A stretch of 64,000 nt of DNA, from IMG/VR virus record IMGVR_UViG_3300021399_000109, positions 94,710-158,709 of that record; one strand, 5' to 3'. The notes beneath the pieces were generated by a model. It saw only the letters and a list, made by a program, of their open reading frames with translations. It was not told where the DNA came from and searched no databases. Positions 8,786-17,758 of this stretch are shown piece after piece. Made by a program: the position numbers and the translations under genes. Source of the DNA: a virus (lineage: Duplodnaviria; Heunggongvirae; Uroviricota; Caudoviricetes). Position 1 is the first letter of the stretch; each line of letters starts with the position of its first letter.

Positions 8786-9904
8786 ATGACAAACACAATG
8801 ACAAACGCAAACGCAATTGTAACTGTAGGTAATTCTGTACAGATTGGTACGGATAGCAAAGGTAAACAGACAGTAATACCTGTTATCACTTCTATGGAAC
8901 AGTATTCAAGTCTCTTTCCTACACAGAGTTGGAGTGCATGGGATGATAGGTCTCTTCTCTGGAGTGGTGTGGGTAAAGATATGAGCCATGATATGGATAC
9001 TGATACAGTTTTTAAACTGGCAGGTCTTAATTATGGAGTTGCTAAAGTTCCTACCTATATCAATAGGTACGACTTCACTGGAAAAGCCCTGACAGGCTTT
9101 GACCTTGTGGCAAATGGGAATGATTTTATCCAGATTCCTATGTATGCCATTGTTCGGGATGATAATGTAACATTTCTCGGTTCAGGGACAGAAGGATTGA
9201 ATCCTCTTGCCAATGAAAAAACAAGAGAGCTTTGTAATCTTCTTTTCAAGTTAGGTTTTCGTTACGAGAACGCAGGAGTATTTGATGGTGGCAAGGTTAC
9301 GTATGTTTCCATGAAATGGAAAGGTGCGGTTCTTTCGGGAGAAAAGTTTGATTATTATGTAGTAATTATCAACTCTTTTGACCAGACTAAACCCTTTGGT
9401 ATTTATATCACTCCTGTTAGAGTATCTTGTAAAAACACACTTAATCTTGCTATCAAAAAAGCTGTAAGATTTTGGAAAATTAAGCATACCAAAACAGCAG
9501 AGATTAAGTTACAGGAAGTACAGGAAAGTCTGATGGCATTTGAGCATTATATCCATGGTCTTGATACAGAAATTGACCGTATGAAAATGCTTACAATGAA
9601 TGATGATAAAGTTATGAAATTTTTCGAAACGTTATTCCCTATTGAGAATGGAATGACGCAGAGATTGATTGATAATGCTATGCGTCAGAGAAAAGAGTTG
9701 GCATATCGCTATTTGAATGCCCCTGACCTTGATGGAATGGAAAAGAGTGCTTTTAGGCTGATGTGTGCGGTAACAGACTATGCTGACCATACTCTTCCTC
9801 AAAAGAACACTAAAAATTGGAAAGCAAATCGTTTCCTTAAAAATATGTCTGGAACTAATAATATTATTGTGGAAACACAGAGATATATTGATTCCATGTT
9901 CTAA
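8786..9904 (+). CDS. hypothetical protein (372 aa)
   Basis: Long ORF. RBS AAAGGAGAATATTATG. Terminator at 9922-9958. Confidence 0.6.
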   Translation: MTNTMTNANAIVTVGNSVQIGTDSKGKQTVIPVITSMEQYSSLFPTQSWSAWDDRSLLWSGVGKDMSHDMDTDTVFKLAGLNYGVAKVPTYINRYDFTGKALTGFDLVANGNDFIQIPMYAIVRDDNVTFLGSGTEGLNPLANEKTRELCNLLFKLGFRYENAGVFDGGKVTYVSMKWKGAVLSGEKFDYYVVIINSFDQTKPFGIYITPVRVSCKNTLNLAIKKAVRFWKIKHTKTAEIKLQEVQESLMAFEHYIHGLDTEIDRMKMLTMNDDKVMKFFETLFPIENGMTQRLIDNAMRQRKELAYRYLNAPDLDGMEKSAFRLMCAVTDYADHTLPQKNTKNWKANRFLKNMSGTNNIIVETQRYIDSMF

Positions 9905-9973
9905 CATATTCTAATTAAAATAGTAAAAGGATACCTGTATAGGTATCCTTTTACTTATTATTAATATATTTTA

Positions 9974-10146
9974 AATTGTTAAAAACAATATAATAATATT
10001 AAAAATATATTTTTTAAGTTGTTAAAAACTATTAGTTTTATTGTTTTAGTTTTTAACAACTATTTTTTAAGTTGTTAAAAACTTTTATTAATTAATCATT
10101 GTTTTTAACAACTAAAAAAATTAAAAAAAATTAAGTTGTTAAAAAC
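9974..10146. repeat. same motif family, 6 copies; last cluster before the family stops
   Basis: Copies at 9974, 10017, 10049(rc), 10067, 10099(rc) and 10134. Confidence 0.8.
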
Positions 10147-10256
10147 AATATAAATAATTTAAAAAAATATTTTTAATTTTATTATTGACAATAAAGATAA
10201 AATATGATATTGTAATTACAGAAACAAAAACAAATAAATAAACAAAGGAGAAAAAT

Positions 10257-10400
10257 ATGATTGAATTATTTAAAGCTTTTATTATTTTTGAAAAAAGAAG
10301 AATGGAAGAGTGCGAAATTGGTTTGAAAGATTTTATTTTATTTTTTTCTGTAATTATAATGTTTTGTATTATTTGTCGTTTTATTGGAGTTGAACAATAA
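10257..10400 (+). CDS. hypothetical small hydrophobic protein (47 aa)
   Basis: RBS AAAGGAGAAAAATATG. Promoter at 10185-10213. Hydrophobic C-terminal half. Confidence 0.3.
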   Translation: MIELFKAFIIFEKRRMEECEIGLKDFILFFSVIIMFCIICRFIGVEQ

Positions 10401-10722
10401 TAAGATAATAAGTAATAACAAATAAAATGATAAATAAGTATTGACAAAAAGAAAAAAATATGTTATAGTAATTAAGAAATATGATATAATGGAGGGTGGA
10501 CGTGGGAGGGTAATATTATTATATTAATATATTTATTATATTAATATATAAAATATATAATAAATTAACAATTTTTGTTGGTTGTTTAAAAAAATAAGTA
10601 AGAGAAGAATTTGATTTAGAATTTTAAAATTAAAATACTTGACAGACTAAATAAAGGATGATAATATAACCATAGAAACAAAAACGTAAATAAAATAAGA
10701 AAGGAATTAAGGAGAATAAAAA

Positions 10723-11031
10723 ATGGTCTTATGGTTCGAAAATTATGATGGATATGTTGAAATTAATAACTATGACAATTTAGGAGATATTGTCTTATTT
10801 GTTGAAAATTTTCTTAACAATCGTCTTAAAGAAATTAAAAATAAAAACAATAATTTTAATTTTATTCACAATTATAATAATACATTTTTTACTAAAATCA
10901 ATTTAGATTATGATTATAGTAAAAGAATATTCATGGCAGAAGGAGATGTCCGCATAGAAGGAGAAATTTGGAGAAAAGATACGGTAGATGAACTTAGAGA
11001 AACATATTGTTTTATTGTAGAAAGGTATTAA
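10723..11031 (+). CDS. hypothetical protein
   Basis: RBS AAGGAGAATAAAAAATG. Promoter at 10639-10667. Confidence 0.5.
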   Translation: MVLWFENYDGYVEINNYDNLGDIVLFVENFLNNRLKEIKNKNNNFNFIHNYNNTFFTKINLDYDYSKRIFMAEGDVRIEGEIWRKDTVDELRETYCFIVERY

Positions 11032-11049
11032 AATAAATTAAAAAAACAC

Positions 11050-11078
11050 TTGACAAATAAGAAATAATTAATTATAAT
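11050..11078 (+). promoter_or_regulatory. sigma70-type promoter (perfect consensus)
   Basis: TTGACA, 17-bp spacer, TATAAT. Confidence 0.65.
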
Positions 11079-11119
11079 AGAATCATAAAAAACAAATTAA
11101 AATAAGAAAGGGAAAAAAT

Positions 11120-11440
11120 ATGGAAAAATATATTGTTACTATTAAAAATTCTGATTGTTTTATTTCAGATGATGAAAATTATGTTTTTGATACTAAAGAA
11201 GAAGCGGAAAGTTTCATTAAAAGACTTTATGTATTTAATTATTTAGACGATGAACCTTATATTAATAAGGATGAAGAAGAAACTTATTTTAATAAAAAAT
11301 ATCATGAAGGAAGAATCACTTATATTAGCGGTGAATGGGCAGATTATTCTATTAACAAAGCTGATGACCCTACTTTTATATTTAATGCTTTAAATTATGA
11401 TTATGTATTAGACGTATTAAACACTATTCCAGAAGGATAA
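11120..11440 (+). CDS. hypothetical protein
   Basis: RBS AAAGGGAAAAAATATG. Promoter at 11050-11078. Confidence 0.5.
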   Translation: MEKYIVTIKNSDCFISDDENYVFDTKEEAESFIKRLYVFNYLDDEPYINKDEEETYFNKKYHEGRITYISGEWADYSINKADDPTFIFNALNYDYVLDVLNTIPEG

Positions 11441-11543
11441 ATAGATAAATAAAATAAAAAAAAACACTTGACAGTTAAATACAAAAATATTATAATAATA
11501 ATATAAATAAAAAAAAACAAACTAAAAAGGAGTAAAAGAAAAT

Positions 11544-12044
11544 ATGAAAACAAAAACAGGCTATAAACTCTTTAGACAGGATAAAAAAGGAAATCTTCAT
11601 CCTTTATACGTCTTTCGTAAAGATACTATTCCTGTAGGGGAATGGGTACTTGCAAAAGATAATCCCCCTATGACTGATAATGGCAAGGTTAAGGGTAAAA
11701 TGGAGTTACATTATAGAGCAGGTTTTCATGTTGCAGGACTTAGACCCTATGCTCCTCAGATTACTAATACAAATGGATGTGTATGGTGTAAAGTAGAATA
11801 TTGTGTTGACATTGATTACAATGAAGAAGCACAAAAAAACGGAACAAATAAAGATGGAAAAATTATTCCTATTAAATCCGAACTTGACAGATTACCTTAC
11901 ATGGGTTATTATTATTTTAAAACTTCTTGGAAACAGGAAGAGCCTTGGATTATATGTGACAGAATTAAAGTTACAGAAATTCTTAGTTGGGAAGAAGTAG
12001 ATAAATTAAATAAAGAATTTCTTGAAAAAACACTTGACAATTAA
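11544..12044 (+). CDS. hypothetical protein
   Basis: RBS AAAAGGAGTAAAAGAAAATATG. Promoter at 11467-11495. Confidence 0.5.
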   Translation: MKTKTGYKLFRQDKKGNLHPLYVFRKDTIPVGEWVLAKDNPPMTDNGKVKGKMELHYRAGFHVAGLRPYAPQITNTNGCVWCKVEYCVDIDYNEEAQKNGTNKDGKIIPIKSELDRLPYMGYYYFKTSWKQEEPWIICDRIKVTEILSWEEVDKLNKEFLEKTLDN

Positions 12045-12062
12045 ATATAATATTGTTATAAT
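12034..12062 (+). promoter_or_regulatory. sigma70-type promoter (perfect consensus)
   Basis: TTGACA, 17-bp spacer, TATAAT. Upstream of the DUF262 gene. Confidence 0.65.
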
Positions 12063-12110
12063 AACAACATAAACAAAAACAAATTTAAACAAAGAAAGGA
12101 ATTAAAAACA

Positions 12111-13394
12111 ATGGAAAACATCATGAACACAAATGAAGCAACCGTAAACACAGTAATTGAAAACACAGAAGTAAACACAACAAATACAGAAAAGGAGATT
12201 AATACTATGACAGAAACAACTATGAACACAGAAATGAATACAGAAACTAATGCAACTGAAATGACTGATGAACAGGTACTGGACATTATTAAGGAAGAAA
12301 GGAATTTTGATTTTGATAATCTTGAGCGTTACAGTAAACATTCTGTACCGTGGTCTGTAAAACAGATGGTAGCTTCTATGAATAAAGGAACAGCAAAATT
12401 TGATAATACTGTTCAGAGAAGTCTTGTTTGGACGAAAGAAAAGAAATCCAGACTTATTCACACTGTAATTCTTAATCTTCCTTGCCCTCCACTGTATGCA
12501 AATGTATATAAAGATAAGGAAACAGGAAAAAAAATTTATGATTTCCTTGATGGTAAGCAGAGAAGTCATGCCTTTAAAGAATTTCTTGAAGATGGTTTTG
12601 AATTAACAGATGTGCCTGTTCTTACTTTCTCTGATGGAAAAGAATTTGATTTAAATGGGTATAAATTTTCTGAACTTCCTGAAGAACTTAAAGATATGAT
12701 TAGAGATTATAGTTTGAGCATCTTTGTACTGGAAGACCTCAACGAAGACGAAGTTGCCGATTTGTTCTATATTCTGAACAATGGTGTGAGTCTTACTAAA
12801 ATTGAAATTAGTAGGGTTAAGGCGAATAGCCTTGATTCCATTCATAAGGTTTCTAACCATCCTTTGTTCGATATTTGTCTGACAGAAAAGGCAAAAGCGA
12901 AATACTATAATGAAGATATTGTAGTAAAGGCATTTGCACTTCTGTTTAATGCAACTGATTCTCTTGAAAATAAGGATATTCGTCCTTATATGGAGACAAT
13001 GGAACTGACAGAAGAAGATATTAATGGAATGAATAATCTTCTGGATATTATGTATGATATTTATAATACGGAAATTGCTAAAGGCACTCCCGAAGCAAAG
13101 AAAGTAGCTAAAAAAATTACCACCAGAACACATTTCATTGCACTGATTCCTTTTATTTACAGAGGATATAAGGAAGATAGAACACTTGACCAGATGACAG
13201 AATGGATTGAAACATTCTTCAATACTGGTACAAGAGCAACAACTGTATCTGAATATTATAATGATGCTTGCCGTTCTAATGCGAATAGTTCTATGAACGT
13301 TCATGTAAGGAATAGAGAAATTGAGATTTCTTATGAGGGATTTTTCCTTGGAAAGCCCGAAGAAGAGTATCTGGAAGAGCATCATTACAACTAA
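12111..13394 (+). CDS. DUF262 (ParB/sulfiredoxin-like nuclease) domain protein with an Asn/Thr-rich repetitive N-terminus
   Basis: FLDGKQRSHAF resembles the DGQQR motif of DUF262/GmrSD N-terminal domains. QRSLVW is also present. The first 50 aa are an NT/TE low-complexity repeat. Confidence 0.55.
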   Translation: MENIMNTNEATVNTVIENTEVNTTNTEKEINTMTETTMNTEMNTETNATEMTDEQVLDIIKEERNFDFDNLERYSKHSVPWSVKQMVASMNKGTAKFDNTVQRSLVWTKEKKSRLIHTVILNLPCPPLYANVYKDKETGKKIYDFLDGKQRSHAFKEFLEDGFELTDVPVLTFSDGKEFDLNGYKFSELPEELKDMIRDYSLSIFVLEDLNEDEVADLFYILNNGVSLTKIEISRVKANSLDSIHKVSNHPLFDICLTEKAKAKYYNEDIVVKAFALLFNATDSLENKDIRPYMETMELTEEDINGMNNLLDIMYDIYNTEIAKGTPEAKKVAKKITTRTHFIALIPFIYRGYKEDRTLDQMTEWIETFFNTGTRATTVSEYYNDACRSNANSSMNVHVRNREIEISYEGFFLGKPEEEYLEEHHYN

Positions 13395-13408
13395 TGACAA
13401 TTAAATTA

Positions 13409-13441
13409 ATAGGGACTATAAATTAGTCCCTATTATTTTTT
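13409..13441 (+). terminator. rho-independent terminator after the DUF262 gene
   Basis: ATAGGGACTATAAATTAGTCCCTAT followed by a T-run. Confidence 0.65.
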
Positions 13442-13534
13442 AAAAAAAATAGTTGACAAATAACAAAAAATTTGATATTATTATATTAGAAAACAAATCA
13501 CTGTTTATTAACATTTATAAGAAAGGGAAAAAAT

Positions 13535-14059
13535 ATGAAAAACTTAACAAAACTGTTTAACGAGTGCATTGCGGATTGTGATTCTTTAGGTATTAAGTAT
13601 GGACGTATTACTAATGTATCTGTTAACACAAGAGCAAAGAGAAGATGGGGGCAGACAAAAACACATAGACCCTATAAATATAGTACATGCCATAAAGATT
13701 ATACTTTTGATATTAGCATCTCCAATCGTCTGTTAGAAGATGATGTTGAAGACATGATGGCGAAGAATACTATAATGCACGAGATTCTTCATACTGTTGA
13801 AGATTGTCAGAATCATGGTGATAAATGGAAAGCTATGGCAGATAAAGTGAATCGGGCATATGGGTATAATGTCAAAAGATGTACATCTTCTGAAGAAAAG
13901 GGAATTGAGCCTGTAAAAATTACTCACAATAAAAACTATGTTATTACATGCCAGAAATGCGGTGCAACAGTAATTAGACATCGAATGTCTGATTTTGTTA
14001 AGTATCCCTATTGCTATTCTCATAAAGATTGTGGTGGATACTTTATGAGAGTTCGATAA
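13535..14059 (+). CDS. SprT-like zinc metalloprotease domain protein
   Basis: HEILH (HExxH) motif plus C-terminal CQKCG...CYSHKDCGG zinc ribbon. Confidence 0.5.
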   Translation: MKNLTKLFNECIADCDSLGIKYGRITNVSVNTRAKRRWGQTKTHRPYKYSTCHKDYTFDISISNRLLEDDVEDMMAKNTIMHEILHTVEDCQNHGDKWKAMADKVNRAYGYNVKRCTSSEEKGIEPVKITHNKNYVITCQKCGATVIRHRMSDFVKYPYCYSHKDCGGYFMRVR

Positions 14060-14077
14060 AAAAGGAGGTAAATATAA

Positions 14078-14572
14078 ATGTTTACATTCTTTTTTCTAAT
14101 TTTTGTTTTTATCTGTTATAGTTATAAAGAGATTAAAGATACTTATTCGGAAGAAAAAAATTATTATTATAATAAAGATAAAGATTGTTATTATATTGAT
14201 AATAATGGAAAATATAGAGATAGCACTAATAGAGAATTATTAGTTTTTAAAATAATTAATGGAAAAAGATGCTTGACAAAAACAAATGGAGATATTAAAA
14301 TTATACTTAATGATAGTGATTTAATAAGAAAACAGCTAAATCAAAAAAATAAAGAAAAAAATCCAGATTATTATTTGTATTTTCCTAAAGCTAAATCTAT
14401 AGAAGACATAAATGATGGGAAACCTTATTATATCACTAAAGATGGAATAAAATATATATGTCATTTCATTAAAGGGAGTTATGGAGTGGTTTCTATTTAT
14501 AATGACGAAGACCATAAATGGAATTACAAAACGATAACAATTGCAGAATATAAAAAAATGAAAGAGGTGTAA
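14078..14572 (+). CDS. hypothetical protein with N-terminal TM or signal segment
   Basis: RBS AAAAGGAGGTAAATATAAATG. Hydrophobic N-terminus. Its stop abuts the recombinase start. Confidence 0.45.
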   Translation: MFTFFFLIFVFICYSYKEIKDTYSEEKNYYYNKDKDCYYIDNNGKYRDSTNRELLVFKIINGKRCLTKTNGDIKIILNDSDLIRKQLNQKNKEKNPDYYLYFPKAKSIEDINDGKPYYITKDGIKYICHFIKGSYGVVSIYNDEDHKWNYKTITIAEYKKMKEV

Positions 14573-14574
14573 TT

Positions 14575-15528
14575 ATGACAGGGAAAGAAGAAAAGGATTT
14601 AAAAGTATATAATGAAATTATGGGTATTATAGAAAAAAATAAAGAAAAAGATTATCTTTTAAATTTCTTTTATTTTCTTTCTGCAATGGCTATGCGTTCC
14701 GCAAAAGCATACCTACTGTATGTGATTAATTTTATTAATTATACTAATAAAACTCCAGAAAATTTAACTTTAAATGACTATACAGCTTATATGTTTTCTA
14801 TTAATGATAAAACATCAGCTTATAAAATAGCTGTATATTCTGCATTAAAAAAATTCTCTATTTTTTTAAAAATCAATGGAATTAATGATGCAAATCCAAT
14901 GGAATATGTTCATCGTCCTAAAGCTATTGAATCTCAAGCTACAAAACAAAAAAGAGAAATTGGTTATTTAAATAAAAAAGAAATTCAAATTTATTTAAAT
15001 AATGTAAATAATAAAAATAAAACTGTATGGGGTTGTAGGGATGCTTTAATTGTTTATCTGTTCTTAAATACAGGAATGCGTTGTTCAGCTTTGGAGCAAA
15101 TTAATGTTGAAGATATTGATTTTGAAAAAAAAGAATTAACAGTATATGAAAAAGAAGATAAAGTTATCACATATACTTTAAGTGATTCTTTAATAGAAAA
15201 AATTATTACTTGGCTCAATTATAGAAATAATATGAATTTAAAAACAAATGCTGTATTTGTGTCTAATCAATTAAATCGTATGTCTAATGTAAGTATTTAT
15301 AGAGTTATTAAAAAGTATGGTTTTAATATTGAAGGCAAAAAACTTTCCCCTCATAAGCTTAGAGCAACTTATGGTACTCAGCTTTATGACGCAACAAAAG
15401 ATATTGTTTTTGTTCAGAAAGCTATGAATCATAATAATTCTCATACCACTGAATTATATATTCGTGGTAAAGAAGATGTTGCCAGAAAACAGGCTTCAGA
15501 TATTATGGCAAAATTGACTTTTAATTAA
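14575..15528 (+). CDS. tyrosine site-specific recombinase (XerC/D or phage-integrase family)
   Basis: C-terminal HKLRATYGT (HxxR) and HNNSHTTELYI (catalytic Tyr), with SAM-like N-terminal domain organisation. Confidence 0.7.
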   Translation: MTGKEEKDLKVYNEIMGIIEKNKEKDYLLNFFYFLSAMAMRSAKAYLLYVINFINYTNKTPENLTLNDYTAYMFSINDKTSAYKIAVYSALKKFSIFLKINGINDANPMEYVHRPKAIESQATKQKREIGYLNKKEIQIYLNNVNNKNKTVWGCRDALIVYLFLNTGMRCSALEQINVEDIDFEKKELTVYEKEDKVITYTLSDSLIEKIITWLNYRNNMNLKTNAVFVSNQLNRMSNVSIYRVIKKYGFNIEGKKLSPHKLRATYGTQLYDATKDIVFVQKAMNHNNSHTTELYIRGKEDVARKQASDIMAKLTFN

Positions 15529-15628
15529 AATAAATAAAAGAAGATAAAAATATGACGTATAATATGATTCTTTAGTATTTAATATTATCCTCATATATAC
15601 ATTATAAAAAGAAAGGAAGTAAAAAATA

Positions 15629-16165
15629 TTGAGTTTTGTATATAGATATATTGACCCTGTATCTGATAAAACTATTTATATAGGTAAAGTAAAAGGAGAA
15701 ATTACAACAGAAGAAAATCCTTTAATAAGAAGACATAATCAGCATAGAAGAGATAATTGGTATCATGATGAACTTATATTAGCATATATAGAATGTTCTA
15801 ATCATTGTGATGCAGATATTCTTGAAACATATTTTATTTCTAAATACAATACAGAATATTTAAGGAATGTTCAAAAAGCAGATTGGGGTATTTCAGAATT
15901 AAATATTTCAAATAAATTAAATTGGAAAATTTTAGATGATACAAATTATTTAGAAAATGAAATAAATTATAATATTCGAAATCTGGTAGCAGAAATATTA
16001 GATAATTTTTATTTATCAGATGATATGTCAGACTTTGATGAAGATAGTGAAATTATACGCAATAGAATTGATAATGTAATTAAAAATAATAGAAGTTATC
16101 TTAAAGAATTAGCATTAAGAAAAAAAGAAAATATACGGAAATATCGTAATATAATTAATAATTAA
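15629..16165 (+). CDS. GIY-YIG endonuclease domain protein
   Basis: N-terminal FVYRYID...KTIYIGK plus R...QH matches the GIY-YIG motif. Probable TTG start 8 nt after AGAAAGGAAG. Confidence 0.55.
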   Translation: MSFVYRYIDPVSDKTIYIGKVKGEITTEENPLIRRHNQHRRDNWYHDELILAYIECSNHCDADILETYFISKYNTEYLRNVQKADWGISELNISNKLNWKILDDTNYLENEINYNIRNLVAEILDNFYLSDDMSDFDEDSEIIRNRIDNVIKNNRSYLKELALRKKENIRKYRNIINN

Positions 16166-16187
16166 ACTTAAAGAAAGGAATAAAACT

Positions 16188-16466
16188 ATGAAAAAACTTT
16201 ACACAGAAACAGATTTAGATAATACAACTTGGGGATATTATGTAGATGTCGAAAGCATTGAAAAAGAAATTGACAATCTTAAAAATAATGGAATTAAAAT
16301 TATTACAATTCTTGCATATATTTATGATTTATATGAGGATTATTTAATTCCAGAATCTGTTGAATCTCATTTATATAAATATACTGACCCAGAAGATATT
16401 TATAGTGATATTCATGGTGAATGGATAAAAGTGGAAAGTGAAAATCCTTTGAAAAAATATTGTTAA
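16188..16466 (+). CDS. hypothetical protein
   Basis: RBS AAAGAAAGGAATAAAACTATG. Confidence 0.45.
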   Translation: MKKLYTETDLDNTTWGYYVDVESIEKEIDNLKNNGIKIITILAYIYDLYEDYLIPESVESHLYKYTDPEDIYSDIHGEWIKVESENPLKKYC

Positions 16467-16552
16467 AAAACGCTTGACAATTAAATAGAAAAGTATTATA
16501 ATAAACATACAAAATTAAAAAACATATTTTTAAGAAAGGACTAATTATAACT

Positions 16553-16759
16553 ATGTATAAAACCGTAGAAAAAGCTATTTATAGAATTGCAAATAAAGTA
16601 AAAAAAGAAACTGGTAGTGACATTACTGATTTTTTATTTGATGCCAGTGATAATTATGAATATGATGACGATGGAAGAAAGGCAACTTGTCAATGGATTA
16701 TTAACGGTCTTGAAAATGAAGCGGATAATTTTATTCTTATGAAGAAAGGAAATATTTAA
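16553..16759 (+). CDS. hypothetical protein
   Basis: Promoter at 16474-16502. RBS AAGAAAGGACTAATTATAACTATG. Confidence 0.45.
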   Translation: MYKTVEKAIYRIANKVKKETGSDITDFLFDASDNYEYDDDGRKATCQWIINGLENEADNFILMKKGNI

Positions 16760-16762
16760 ATA

Positions 16763-16990
16763 ATGGAAGGAAAATATCTTATGCCTGAAGAATATGACAT
16801 TTACCTTGAAGGACTTAGAAGGTCTGGAGTAACCAATATGTTTGGGGCATCTAAATATCTTGAATATGAATTTGGTCTTAATAAAAGAGATGCGAGGGAA
16901 ATTCTTGCATCATGGATGAAAAATTATGAACACATTGATTATTCTATGTGTACTGAAGACCAATTTGATTATGATTATTGGATTTTTTAA
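16763..16990 (+). CDS. hypothetical protein
   Basis: Follows the previous stop directly. RBS-like AAGAAAGGAAAT. Confidence 0.4.
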   Translation: MEGKYLMPEEYDIYLEGLRRSGVTNMFGASKYLEYEFGLNKRDAREILASWMKNYEHIDYSMCTEDQFDYDYWIF

Positions 16991-17014
16991 ATTTAAAAAA
17001 GGAGATAAAAATAG

Positions 17015-17323
17015 ATGGCAAAATTTAAATTCGAACTTCCTTTTGAACCATATGATAGAGTTTATTATGTAACAGAAGAAGGTATTTATTCATTACTTAT
17101 TACACAAATTCAAATAGTTAAATATGAAAAGAATGAAAAGACACACGTTTTTATATGTTTTCCTAATTTTCCTTTTGTTGCTCTTGAAGAATATGGAATT
17201 AATTTATTTACCGATTTTGAAGAAGCAGAGAAAAGATTAAAGCAAATTAGACGAGAAGAAAAGATAAAAAAATATCAAGAGATAGTGAAAAAGGCAATGG
17301 AAAAAAATGAAAAAAAGACTTGA
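17015..17323 (+). CDS. hypothetical protein
   Basis: RBS AAAAAGGAGATAAAAATAGATG. Confidence 0.45.
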   Translation: MAKFKFELPFEPYDRVYYVTEEGIYSLLITQIQIVKYEKNEKTHVFICFPNFPFVALEEYGINLFTDFEEAEKRLKQIRREEKIKKYQEIVKKAMEKNEKKT

Positions 17324-17391
17324 CAAAAGTAATAAAATGTGCTAACATAATAATAGACATTAAAACAAATATTGAAAGAAAGGTAAAACAA

Positions 17392-17652
17392 ATGAAAAGA
17401 ATAAACACCGCATCTGAAATTATGATAAATGATTTCAAAAGATTAAAAGAACAGGGAATCACAGAATTTTATTGTACAGTTTCTAATTCGGTCAATAATA
17501 AAATTTATAAACCAGCTATAAAACATACTGCACAAGGAGTTAGTGCCTATGTAAATAAAATGTTTGATAAGTATGGTGATATTATTCTTGTTTCAGTTGA
17601 CTACTTTGATAAAGAATATAATTTACATACTTATACTATTTACGGAGCATAA
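17392..17652 (+). CDS. hypothetical protein (86 aa)
   Basis: Internal ATG after GAAAGAAAGGTAAAACAAATG. The ORF-track start at 17320 coincides with the TTGACA of promoter 17320-17348. Confidence 0.45.
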   Translation: MKRINTASEIMINDFKRLKEQGITEFYCTVSNSVNNKIYKPAIKHTAQGVSAYVNKMFDKYGDIILVSVDYFDKEYNLHTYTIYGA

Positions 17653-17662
17653 AAAAAAGTGC

Positions 17663-17691
17663 TTGACAAAAAACAAAAAGTATGTTAATAT
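17663..17691 (+). promoter_or_regulatory. promoter copy 1 of a tandem duplicated pair upstream of the tRNA/ncRNA cluster
   Basis: AAAAAAGTGCTTGACAAAA...TATGTTAATATAAT. A near-identical copy sits 96 bp downstream. Confidence 0.55.
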
Positions 17692-17758
17692 AATAATAGT
17701 TACAAACGAAGCAAAAAAAACTTACATTATTATCTTAAAAAAATATTTAAAAAAGTGC

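Noticed and set aside
248-10146. The palindromic 13-mer clusters as CRISPR arrays
   Set aside because: Copies alternate in orientation. The spacers between them are short AT-rich filler with shared sequence. They are spread across 11 separate intergenic regions.
8680-10447. Minus-strand ORFs 8680-8889, 9055-9249, 9251-9487, 9632-9907 and 10139-10447
   Set aside because: All are antisense to plus-strand genes or span promoter and repeat regions. Low-complexity hydrophobic translations. No start signals.
12056-14023. Minus-strand ORFs 12056-12286, 12102-12569, 12651-13400 and 13733-14023, and plus-strand ORF 11803-12000
   Set aside because: They overlap the DUF262, SprT and 11544 genes in antisense or alternative frames. 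Cys/Phe/Ile-rich composition typical of spurious frames in AT-rich DNA.
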